Source: a virus (lineage: Duplodnaviria > Heunggongvirae > Uroviricota > Caudoviricetes). Taken from it: a stretch of DNA of 35,845 nt. Shown piece by piece: positions 1 to 7,100 of this stretch. A program made the translations under genes and the position numbers. The notes beneath the pieces are model-generated. The model saw only the letters and a list, made by a program, of their open reading frames with translations, did not search any database and was not told the origin of the DNA. The stretch is taken from the IMG/VR virus record IMGVR_UViG_2671180473_000015. The stretch is one strand, 5' to 3'. Numbering within the stretch: position 1 is the stretch's first letter; the number at the start of each line of letters is the position of its first letter.

Positions 1-573
1 ATGTTTTGCGAAGAAAAAGTAGCTCAAATGGCTGCATACCTACTTCTTAAGCGAGGTGGGCGCATGGCATATCTGAAATTGATGAAGCTGCTCTATCTGT
101 CTAACCGCAAGTCGATTTTGAAGCATGGCAGGATGATCGGCGAAGATAGCCTTTACTCTATGAAATTTGGTCCAGTCATGTCGAATACGCTGAACTTGAT
201 TCGTGGTAAGGCTGAAGGTATTGGTGACTACTGGTACAACCTGATAGAGACGAACGGGCATGATGTGTTGTTGCGTTCAGATCCGAGGGAAATGGATGCA
301 GACGAGGTCTTTGATGAGTTGAGCCGTGCAGATATCCGGATTTTAGATGAAATCTATTCTCTGTATGGGCATATGAACCGATTTGATCTCGCAAACATGA
401 CGCATTTAGAAAGCGTTTGTCCAGAGTGGCACAATCCTGGCAATTCTCGTAAGCCTATAGACCTGAAAGAAATGCTGATCAGTGAGGGTAAAAGCGAGGA
501 TGAGGCTAATCGTATAATTGGCAAAATGGAAGAATCTCAGAAACTTAAGGAATTTTCTTTGCAATTATCATGA
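1..573 (+). CDS. Panacea-domain (DUF4065) phage-associated protein, SocA/GepA-like putative antitoxin
   Basis: 190-aa ORF starting at window position 1 (N-terminus may lie upstream). The segment AQMAAYLLLKRGGRMAYLKLMKLLYLSNR matches the conserved helix of DUF4065/Panacea proteins as I recall them. Stop overlaps the next ORF start (ATGA at 570-573). Confidence 0.6.
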   Translation: MFCEEKVAQMAAYLLLKRGGRMAYLKLMKLLYLSNRKSILKHGRMIGEDSLYSMKFGPVMSNTLNLIRGKAEGIGDYWYNLIETNGHDVLLRSDPREMDADEVFDELSRADIRILDEIYSLYGHMNRFDLANMTHLESVCPEWHNPGNSRKPIDLKEMLISEGKSEDEANRIIGKMEESQKLKEFSLQLS

Positions 574-989
574 CGGATTATCAGCCATACAGGAAAGGAA
601 CTGTGCTTGCCCCAACTGGGCCATGCAATCATCTTCATGTGATTTGTAATGATCCTGTTTATTACCCCGTTAACGATTGTTATTGTGTTTTAGTTGTTAA
701 TATTTCTAGTATCAAGGATGGTGTCCCCCACGATCCGTCTTGCGTCTTGAATTCTGGTGATCATCGCTTTATCAAGCATCCAAGTTATGTTGTTTACGCT
801 GAAGCTATAATTTGGCGAGTGGATAACATGGTTAGAAAGCAGCGATCGGGTGAGATTTCCGTTCATGATGATATGCCAGAAGCTACATTCAATAGAATTC
901 TGGACGGTTTTGATATATCTGATGAAGTTACGCCAAAGAACCTTAAATTTAAAAATAAATATTGCGTATCATCTATTGATGATGAGTAA
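570..989 (+). CDS. hypothetical protein translationally coupled to the Panacea-domain gene; candidate toxin partner
   Basis: 139-aa ORF whose ATG overlaps the upstream stop (ATGA). No family recognised. Contains an R-x6-H motif (RSGEISVH) reminiscent of HEPN, which is speculative. AT-rich. Confidence 0.45.
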   Translation: MTDYQPYRKGTVLAPTGPCNHLHVICNDPVYYPVNDCYCVLVVNISSIKDGVPHDPSCVLNSGDHRFIKHPSYVVYAEAIIWRVDNMVRKQRSGEISVHDDMPEATFNRILDGFDISDEVTPKNLKFKNKYCVSSIDDE

Positions 990-1028
990 ACAACAGGAAT
1001 TGTTTCGGTATAGCTTCTGGAGTTTTCT

Positions 1029-1202
1029 ATGGAAGATCAAAAAGCAACCAAGCCACAGGTTAAGTTCGACACAATGAAAGCATTCGCAGGTATGGGTGCT
1101 GCTGTTGAAGTTCTGATGAAGGCTGCTCCTAATGCGTTCACTCACGCTACTGTCTCTGGTAAAGAGCAGCAGGGTAAGCTTCGTCGTCGCAAAGCAGCAT
1201 GA
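1029..1202 (+). CDS. small hypothetical protein (57 aa)
   Basis: ATG at 1029, TGA at 1200-1202, immediately followed by a strong intrinsic terminator. Below the 60-aa cut-off of the ORF track. No recognisable family. Confidence 0.3.
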   Translation: MEDQKATKPQVKFDTMKAFAGMGAAVEVLMKAAPNAFTHATVSGKEQQGKLRRRKAA

Positions 1203-1220
1203 TCATAGCTGGTGCTTTTT

Positions 1221-1248
1221 GAAAACCCGCCTTTAGGCGGGTTTTTTC
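1221..1248. terminator. bidirectional rho-independent terminator
   Basis: A-run, stem CCCGCC / GGCGGG with loop TTTA, then T-run (gaaaacccgcctttaggcgggtttttt). Sits between convergent genes ending at 1202 (+) and 1250 (-). Confidence 0.6.
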
Positions 1249-1249
1249 T

Positions 1250-1531
1250 TTAGTGATGTTCTTTGCCCTTCTGTTTGCCTGTTCTGACCTGTTCCCACTC
1301 GATACGTCCTTCTTCTCGTCTTTTGTCTATGTATTCCGCAAGATCCTGAATATTGATGCAACGTTTTGCTTTTTGTGATGTACCGATGCGATATGTAGGT
1401 ACAGGCAACTTACAAGCGTTTGCTTTTGCTTCTGCTGTGGCTGGACTCATACCAAAGTATTTTTGACTAACTGCTGAGAGTTCAATGTTTGGGGTATTGA
1501 ATTCAGCCATCAGTAAAAACAAGGTATTCAT
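1250..1531 (-). CDS. PrtN/AlpA-like excisionase-family small DNA-binding protein (putative)
   Basis: 93-aa ORF. N-terminus MNTLFLLMAEF and the motif PTYRIGTSQKAKRCINIQDLAEYIDKRREE resemble the PrtN / phage excisionase-like family from memory. Confidence 0.5.
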   Translation of the reverse strand: MNTLFLLMAEFNTPNIELSAVSQKYFGMSPATAEAKANACKLPVPTYRIGTSQKAKRCINIQDLAEYIDKRREEGRIEWEQVRTGKQKGKEHH

Positions 1532-1567
1532 ATCATTTCTCCATCATAACCGGCTGCACCCGGTGAG

Positions 1568-2383
1568 TTACTTATTCATTTCAATAATATTATTTTCTAT
1601 CATTGATTTATTTAAAACCAAAGAAGGAGCAAGATGGTTGTCTATTTTAAACAATGCATAACTTTTAAACTGTTGGTGATATCCGTAACTAATAAGGATG
1701 CTAGAAAAATCTCTTAATTCATCTTCTTTTAAAAAATTAAAATGAAATGGGTTGTCACCATTTATGAACAATGAAACATCTATTATGCAGTATTTCTCTC
1801 CGTTGTCATTTGCATAGAAAAAAATATAAGACATTCTGTTTGTTAAGACAATGCCATTAAATTTTCTTATGTCTGTAGCTATTTTGTTTTCCATGTTTGG
1901 TGCTACATATTTATTTTCAGAAATACATTTAATTTCATCTCCAGATGTCGTGATTATATAAAAATGAAACTTATCAGAAATATCTAACTTAACTACGCCA
2001 TCATTATTGTAAAGGCTGCTAAATTTTGGTGGTTCAACTTTTAAAGAATCATAGTTCTTTAAAAGAAGAGGGGAGTCAAATTTAATAACTTGTAGTATCC
2101 CTTTACCTTCAACCTCCATATTGATTGAAGATATAGCAATTGCATTATCTCTTTTATTATTCAGGATTATGGTTGATATATGCATGTCATATATTCTACT
2201 TGCATTTGCTGAATACGACACTGTCACCTTTTTTGATATTTTTTGCACGCCAAAATATATAGTGAAGGCAGCGGCAAGAATAGATAAGAATTTAATGTCA
2301 AATAAGGACCATAGCCACATTAGTTGCTCAATTGCTTCAGAGTTAATCATTTGCTTTACCATTATCGCTGTAATACAACACAT
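1568..2383 (-). CDS. hypothetical single-pass membrane protein encoded in a strongly AT-rich segment (moron-like)
   Basis: Long minus-strand ORF (track 1568..2401 with TTG start; first ATG gives 2383). Hydrophobic N-terminal segment FLSILAAAFTIYFGV followed by a long soluble domain. Local AT content is far above the rest of the prophage. Start codon uncertain (ATG candidates at 2383, 2362, 2350; no clear SD). Confidence 0.5.
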   Translation of the reverse strand: MCCITAIMVKQMINSEAIEQLMWLWSLFDIKFLSILAAAFTIYFGVQKISKKVTVSYSANASRIYDMHISTIILNNKRDNAIAISSINMEVEGKGILQVIKFDSPLLLKNYDSLKVEPPKFSSLYNNDGVVKLDISDKFHFYIITTSGDEIKCISENKYVAPNMENKIATDIRKFNGIVLTNRMSYIFFYANDNGEKYCIIDVSLFINGDNPFHFNFLKEDELRDFSSILISYGYHQQFKSYALFKIDNHLAPSLVLNKSMIENNIIEMNK

Positions 2384-2504
2384 GTGTGTATATATACGCA
2401 ATGCAATTATTTTGCAAGTGCTTCATTTACTATCAATAGCTACGTCACGTTATTGTTTAATGGTTCTTTATAGGGGCGGCAATAGTTAAAATTATCGCTT
2501 CCGT

Positions 2505-2526
2505 AAATGCCCCCGCAGGGGCATTT
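2505..2526 (-). terminator. stem-loop downstream of the YfdQ-like gene (weak terminator or RNA stability element)
   Basis: Perfect 9-bp stem AAATGCCCC / GGGGCATTT with a 4-nt loop. No clean U-tract on the minus strand, so termination efficiency is uncertain. Confidence 0.3.
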
Positions 2527-2538
2527 GCAGTAATGAAA

Positions 2539-3363
2539 TCAGGCGGTGAAAGTACCAATAAAGGTTTCTACTTTGCTGTCTTTGAATTTCTCAACAAGCA
2601 GATCACGAAATTCGTTAGCCATTTCTTCCTGTACCGCTTCCAGCTGAATAATGCGCAGAACCAGTACAGGACGATCGCCAGTGATAATGCTGAGGCGTAA
2701 TTTAAACGGACGTTCTTTCAGACCTTCAAACGGAACGCATTTAAATTCAAATGCCACTGGCATAATGTCTTTGGTCTTCGCTTCGACAGACTCCATCAGG
2801 GAGCGTTTGCCGCTGAAGTCATTATCTTCAAAATCAGCGGTCTGGTTCGCTTCAATTGTGATTTTACGGATCGCCGCAGCCGCTTTGGTTGCCTGAATGG
2901 CGTCACCATTAGCATCAAAGCCCACAAGGTAGTCGGCCCAGTCTTCAATCCATTCTGCCAGTGACTTCTGGGAGTTACGCTCGCCATTAACAGACAACAG
3001 AGCAGAGAACGGAGCTGTCTTTTTCAGTTTGAGAGTGGCGGTGTTATCTGCGTGACCTGGTTCATCAATAGTACCCAGGTTAAGAACACTGACGGCACGC
3101 ATATTATCAGCATCGATAAAGCAGCGGGTGCCTTCATCTGCAAGATCTTTAGAATAACGAGTAAAGTCATCGATGCTGGCAGTGGAAAGCGCACCACGGA
3201 AACGGAAACGATTTAAATTTAATTTTTCCAGATCATGAATGCGGAAATTCTCAGGCAATGCCACAGCATCGGCACCAATCTTACTGATAATTTCATTAAC
3301 ACCCTGAGCAGAAATAAGGGCATGGATTTGATTAATTGCGGTTGCGTCTAAGTTCTGAGACAT
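2539..3363 (-). CDS. DUF2303 / YfdQ-like prophage protein
   Basis: 274-aa ORF. Length and sequence character match what I recall of the YfdQ (DUF2303) family of E. coli CPS-53-type prophages. Follows the YfdP-like gene in the same leftward operon. Confidence 0.55.
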   Translation of the reverse strand: MSQNLDATAINQIHALISAQGVNEIISKIGADAVALPENFRIHDLEKLNLNRFRFRGALSTASIDDFTRYSKDLADEGTRCFIDADNMRAVSVLNLGTIDEPGHADNTATLKLKKTAPFSALLSVNGERNSQKSLAEWIEDWADYLVGFDANGDAIQATKAAAAIRKITIEANQTADFEDNDFSGKRSLMESVEAKTKDIMPVAFEFKCVPFEGLKERPFKLRLSIITGDRPVLVLRIIQLEAVQEEMANEFRDLLVEKFKDSKVETFIGTFTA

Positions 3364-3428
3364 AATAAGTCCTCACTATATAAAGATATTCAGTGATGAG
3401 ATAAATAATCGGTTAATTAAGAACGATA

Positions 3429-3791
3429 TTAATGACCTGCTGCGCGGAGTTTTCCGTCAGGTTCACCGGCAAGAGTCAGTAATTGTCCCTGGTCTTCCTG
3501 CAGAATAGTCAGGCGACCACCGCGATTGACATACATCGGCGTTTCGGTGGTGTCTTCTTCGGAAATTTTCCCGCGGTTAGTCGGGCGAACATATGAGAGT
3601 TTGTGTTTGATTTTCACACGGTTCTCATCAAATGGTTCGATTTCCAGGTTGAGTGAGACCTTACCTTTGGTTTTCGTGTTCATCACACCGGAAGCGACTT
3701 CACTGAGAACTGCGCCGATTTTGGTTTCAAATACGCCGCCGTCCAGCTCCCCAATAAATGCCTGCACATCAGTACTGCGTTCGCTAGCCAT
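3429..3791 (-). CDS. conserved prophage early-left protein (YfdP-like), about 120 aa
   Basis: The track ORF 3429..3977 starts with TTG far upstream. An internal ATG at 3791 (MASERSTDVQAFIGELDGG...) has a good SD (AGGAGC, 6-7 nt upstream) and gives a 120-aa product. Confidence 0.55.
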   Translation of the reverse strand: MASERSTDVQAFIGELDGGVFETKIGAVLSEVASGVMNTKTKGKVSLNLEIEPFDENRVKIKHKLSYVRPTNRGKISEEDTTETPMYVNRGGRLTILQEDQGQLLTLAGEPDGKLRAAGH

Positions 3792-3840
3792 TTTGCTGCT
3801 CCTAATCATATCGACCCTGCAAGGTCGGTTGGTTTCTCCA

Positions 3841-3927
3841 CAAAACAGAGAAGAACACCTGCGGTGGCAGCCGCCCGGATGGATTTGGTTATGAGCCCGT
3901 CGTCCGGTGATGCTCTTCTCTGTTTTG
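3841..3927 (-). repeat. 87-bp inverted repeat with perfect 14-bp arms (long RNA stem in the early-left leader)
   Basis: Arms CAAAACAGAGAAGA (3841-3854) and TCTTCTCTGTTTTG (3914-3927) are exact reverse complements. The 59-nt spacer contains further self-complementary GC-rich segments. Lies just upstream of the YfdP-like start on the transcribed (minus) strand. Confidence 0.6.
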
Positions 3928-3928
3928 T

Positions 3929-3978
3929 AAAAAGAGCGGTACCAGCCGGAAGCAAGTGTACAAACTGGTACCGCCAAA
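3929..3978 (-). ncRNA. DicF-like small RNA candidate ending in an intrinsic terminator
   Basis: Minus-strand sequence TTTGGCGGTACCAGTTT...CTGGTACCGCTCTTTTT: an 11-bp stem (GGCGGTACCAG / CTGGTACCGCT, one G-U) followed by a U-run. Its 5' half closely resembles the core of DicF (TTTGGCGGTATCAGTTT) as I recall it. Located in the early-left operon downstream of the repressor gene, as DicF is in Qin. The 5' end is not determinable. Confidence 0.4.
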
Positions 3979-4406
3979 GCAGTGGCTGTTGTGGTGACCG
4001 GTGCTGATCTCCGGCTTGCGGTTATTTCAGACTCTCACGGGCGTTTAATTGCCCCGCCGAACAGCTCTTTTCCGCATTAGCTGCAATGTCTTTCGCGCAT
4101 CAGCCTGCGCATTCACCACAACGCTGAGAGCACTTAGCCAGTTACGGCACCACACTTTGTCGCGGTTCCATAAATGTCCTCATCGTTGCACCCTGGTCTC
4201 TTCCCAGGCGTCAAACCGAATCGCCACGCTGGTTAGGCGTCTTATCAGCATCATCATTGACTTGCACATTCCGGCTACCTGGTTTGTTTGCCCGAGCAAG
4301 GAGTGGATTGTCCCCTTTAACGTCCCCAGACCGCTAACGACGCATGTGCCATACGCCGTGTTACAACCAAATTTTGTTTAATCTTGCCTGTGCTGTGTTT
4401 CTTTTA

Positions 4407-4439
4407 GATACATTATGTATCCCAAAGGTACATTGTCAA
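4407..4439 (-). promoter_or_regulatory. PL-like early-left promoter overlapped by two operator palindromes
   Basis: On the minus strand: perfect -35 TTGACA (plus 4434-4439), 16-nt spacer, -10 CATAAT (plus 4412-4417). Overlapping palindromes TGTATCCCAAAGGTACA (4416-4432) and GATACATTATGTATC (4407-4421) share half-sites with the operators next to the repressor gene. Confidence 0.6.
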
Positions 4440-4440
4440 G

Positions 4441-4466
4441 TATAAAAAAACCTGCCGAAGCAGGTT
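4441..4466 (-). terminator. rho-independent terminator immediately downstream of the repressor gene
   Basis: Stem AACCTGC / GCAGGTT (loop CGAA) followed on the minus strand by a 7-nt U-run. The repressor stop is at 4478-4480. Confidence 0.55.
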
Positions 4467-4477
4467 ATAAATATTGA

Positions 4478-5152
4478 TTAGGCCTTTATTATGTATCTTC
4501 TTGGTTTTCCTGAGAAAATCACTGTACCAATTATAGAGCAATTACCGTTAATCTTAATGTAAGGCTCAGGCCAGTTTGGGTTTAATGCTTTGAGATAACG
4601 CTGTGTTCCATCTTCTATCAACCGCTTGAAGGTGGTTTCGCCTGTATCGTGCATCAATGCAATAACGTCGTCACCGTGGCAGGCAGGGACTTCAGGATCA
4701 ACAAAAATCATGTCTCCCGGGCGGTACTCATCAATCATTGAATCACCAATCACCCGCAAGATATAAGTCATTTCGCCACAGGGTACAGGGCAGGGATAAG
4801 TTTCTGCTGTGCTCAAATCAACCTCAGAATAGCCAACTTCTTTCCATGCTCCGGCCTGTACCCATGATATGACAGGGACTAACGTTATTTGTTTGTTAGT
4901 GATTGAAACGTCAGGTTTTTTTGTGATGTTCGTTGTCTGGTGTTCTTGATCAAGCCATCCGACAGGCAGGTCGAAACATTTTTCGATGTGCCGTGCCATG
5001 CTGTCACCGATATTTTTAGTTGCACCATCTCCCATAAACCTGCTGGTCTGGGTTGGCTCGCGATCAATCATGGTGGCAAAGGAAGAATTCCCGCCAACAC
5101 CATCTCTCAGTTTTCTGGCGTTAGACCGCCGGATGTCATGGACTGTTTTCAT
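4478..5152 (-). CDS. CI-like prophage repressor (HTH domain plus S24 LexA-like autopeptidase domain)
   Basis: 224-aa ORF. C-terminal domain carries the GDSM Ser motif (LRVIGDSM) and a downstream Lys (TFKRL) typical of S24 self-cleaving repressors. Divergent from the cro-like gene, with operator palindromes between them. Confidence 0.85.
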   Translation of the reverse strand: MKTVHDIRRSNARKLRDGVGGNSSFATMIDREPTQTSRFMGDGATKNIGDSMARHIEKCFDLPVGWLDQEHQTTNITKKPDVSITNKQITLVPVISWVQAGAWKEVGYSEVDLSTAETYPCPVPCGEMTYILRVIGDSMIDEYRPGDMIFVDPEVPACHGDDVIALMHDTGETTFKRLIEDGTQRYLKALNPNWPEPYIKINGNCSIIGTVIFSGKPRRYIIKA

Positions 5153-5169
5153 AAAGAAATTAAAACCTT

Positions 5170-5236
5170 TGTACCGATAAGGTACAAGTATCTTGAAGGT
5201 TCATCTCAATCATGTAATATGTATACCGGAGGTACA
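5170..5236. promoter_or_regulatory. OR-like operator/promoter region (divergent PRM / PR)
   Basis: Two 17-bp palindromes: TGTACCGATAAGGTACA (5170-5186) and TGTATACCGGAGGTACA (5220-5236), consensus TGTAyM-N5-GGTACA. Candidate PR elements: -35 TTGAAG (5193-5198) and -10 TAATAT (5215-5220), the latter overlapped by the second operator. Repressor start is at 5152, cro-like start at 5243. Confidence 0.6.
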
Positions 5237-5242
5237 TATTGT

Positions 5243-5443
5243 ATGAAAGCGTATTGGGACTCTTTAACCAAAGAACAGCAGGGTGAGTTGGCCGGAAAAG
5301 TTGGCTCAACACCAGGCTACTTACGGCTGGTTTTCAATGGTTATAAAAAAGCCAGTTTTGTGCTGGCTAAAAAACTTGAGCAATGCACGTCAGGTGCAAT
5401 TACGAAATCTGACTTAAGACCGGATATCTATCCGAAAGATTAA
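5243..5443 (+). CDS. Cro-like small HTH repressor
   Basis: 66-aa ORF with SD GGAGGT about 9 nt upstream of the ATG. Divergent from the repressor gene. The track ORF 4940..5443 is an upstream extension across the operators and is rejected. Confidence 0.7.
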   Translation: MKAYWDSLTKEQQGELAGKVGSTPGYLRLVFNGYKKASFVLAKKLEQCTSGAITKSDLRPDIYPKD

Positions 5444-5474
5444 CAGAACACCTTCAATTTTTAACCACAGAACG

Positions 5475-6038
5475 ATGAGGCTAACCGTGGGTAAGCATCA
5501 CTGGAAAGTAGAAAAACAGCCTGAGTGGTACGTGAAAGCTGTCAGAAAAACTATCGCGGCGTTGCCGGGGGGTTACGCTGAAGCTGCTGAGTGGCTGGAT
5601 GTAACAGAGAACGCTTTATTCAACCGCCTTCGTGCAGATGGCGATCAGATTTTCCCGCTGGGATGGGCAATGATTTTACAGCGCGCGGCTGGCACTCACT
5701 ACATTGCGGATGCTGTCGCACAGTCTGCTGGTGGGGTGTTTGTATCGCTTCCTGAAATTGAGGAAGTAGAGAACGCCGATATAAACCAGCGCCTGCTGGA
5801 AGTCATCGAACAGATCGGGAGTTACTCAAAGCAGATTCGTTCGGCAATCGAAGATGGGGTAGTGGAGCCACACGAGCAGACAGCAATTAATGATGAGTTG
5901 TATCTGTCAATTTCGAAGCTCCAGGAGCATGCAGCACTGGTCTACAAAATCTTTTGCGCTCCAGAAAAGAGTGACGCCCGCGAGTGTGCAGCTCCGGGCG
6001 TCGTGGCGTTTTGTGTCTGTGGAGAAACTAACGCATGA
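5475..6038 (+). CDS. early regulatory protein at the cII position (CII/YdaT-like, family uncertain)
   Basis: 187-aa ORF directly downstream of cro. Stop overlaps the next start (ATGA). Family assignment is from position and weak recollection only. Confidence 0.4.
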   Translation: MRLTVGKHHWKVEKQPEWYVKAVRKTIAALPGGYAEAAEWLDVTENALFNRLRADGDQIFPLGWAMILQRAAGTHYIADAVAQSAGGVFVSLPEIEEVENADINQRLLEVIEQIGSYSKQIRSAIEDGVVEPHEQTAINDELYLSISKLQEHAALVYKIFCAPEKSDARECAAPGVVAFCVCGETNA

Positions 6039-6871
6039 ACAGTTTAACGGCAAATAACCGTTTGTCGCAACAGCTGGTGGTCAGCGTCGCTGAACACCTG
6101 TTGTTACGGCATGAATGCAGATTACCAAATCACCTGGCTGTAAGTAACCACAGAGAACTTTACCTGACTGTGGGGGGCGAGTTGTGCAGGAACTTAACCG
6201 CTGGTTTCGTGACGGAAGAGGACTTTATGTTCATGTTATTCGTTGGGAGCCAGAAACACAGCGCGTTATCTATCTTCGCAAAGACTACCCGCATGAGTGC
6301 TTTAGTCCTTTGTGGAAATTCAGGCGTGATTTTGTTGAGTGTGAAGGACCACCAGCACATTGATTCTGCCATTCCGGGACGTTACACTGTTCAGGCACCT
6401 TATAAAGCGGGTGCCGGGATTGGCGTCCTGGAATTGATCAAGGCGATATATGACGCGCCAGCGTCTTTTTTATCGTCCGCATTTGCTCACATCAAAGTTA
6501 TGGTGGGCTGGGCGGGGGCATCGAAAGATGCGCCGGTTTCCTTGATCACCGGTTACGCCAACCCCGTTCAGTTCACCACCAGCGAAATTGGCGTTTCCGG
6601 TGGTGGAAGTATTTCACCGATCAAGGAGGCTGCCATCATGGCTACTGTCCCAGCCCTCACTCGTCTGAATGATGAAGACTTACATAAACTCAGTTATGTA
6701 ACAACTGCACTACGTGCTCTGCGCAAGGTAACTCTTTCGGATCCGCAGGCACATCAGGTTCTGGTAGAAACCCTTCTTAACTTGCAAGCTGAACGTATTC
6801 GTCTGGCGGATAAGGCTAATTTTCATATTCACCGTCTCCTGAATATCAGCGGAGGGCATCGTCATGCTTAA
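6035..6871 (+). CDS. hypothetical protein (gene structure uncertain)
   Basis: 278-codon open frame with SD GGAG upstream of the ATG at 6035, translationally coupled at both ends. No family recognised. An alternative 59-aa ORF in another frame (6184..6363) starts just after a G6 homopolymer, so a frameshift or overlapping genes cannot be excluded. Confidence 0.35.
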   Translation: MNSLTANNRLSQQLVVSVAEHLLLRHECRLPNHLAVSNHRELYLTVGGELCRNLTAGFVTEEDFMFMLFVGSQKHSALSIFAKTTRMSALVLCGNSGVILLSVKDHQHIDSAIPGRYTVQAPYKAGAGIGVLELIKAIYDAPASFLSSAFAHIKVMVGWAGASKDAPVSLITGYANPVQFTTSEIGVSGGGSISPIKEAAIMATVPALTRLNDEDLHKLSYVTTALRALRKVTLSDPQAHQVLVETLLNLQAERIRLADKANFHIHRLLNISGGHRHA

Positions 6872-7100
6872 TCCGTTGATCCTCAATATTTGCCGTTTGC
6901 TTCAGCGTAAAAAAATATCAATTCCTACAGTTGGGCAGTGGTACACCACGCCTGCAGGGCATGTTCTACGTGTTAGCCTGGTTGACCGTGAATGCCAGAA
7001 GGTGATTTGTGAACCGCTGGGCCGTAATTACCGCGTCAGTATGCCGCTTATAGCCTTTCGCTCCGGAAAAAACATGAAGCATCTCGGAGGTGCAGCATGA
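6864..7100 (+). CDS. small hypothetical protein (78 aa)
   Basis: ATG with upstream GGAGGG SD. Start overlaps the upstream stop and its stop overlaps the O-like start (ATGA), i.e. translational coupling within the early-right operon. Confidence 0.4.
   Translation: MLNPLILNICRLLQRKKISIPTVGQWYTTPAGHVLRVSLVDRECQKVICEPLGRNYRVSMPLIAFRSGKNMKHLGGAA

Noticed and set aside
3526-4381. Plus-strand ORFs 3526..3894 and 4049..4381
   Set aside because: They lie opposite the YfdP-like gene and the structured early-left leader, and their translations are low-complexity (Ser/Thr/Arg/Leu-rich).
4940-5443. 167-aa version of the cro-like ORF extending upstream across the operator region
   Set aside because: The extension overlaps the repressor gene and the operators; the internal ATG at 5243 has a proper SD and gives a Cro-sized protein.
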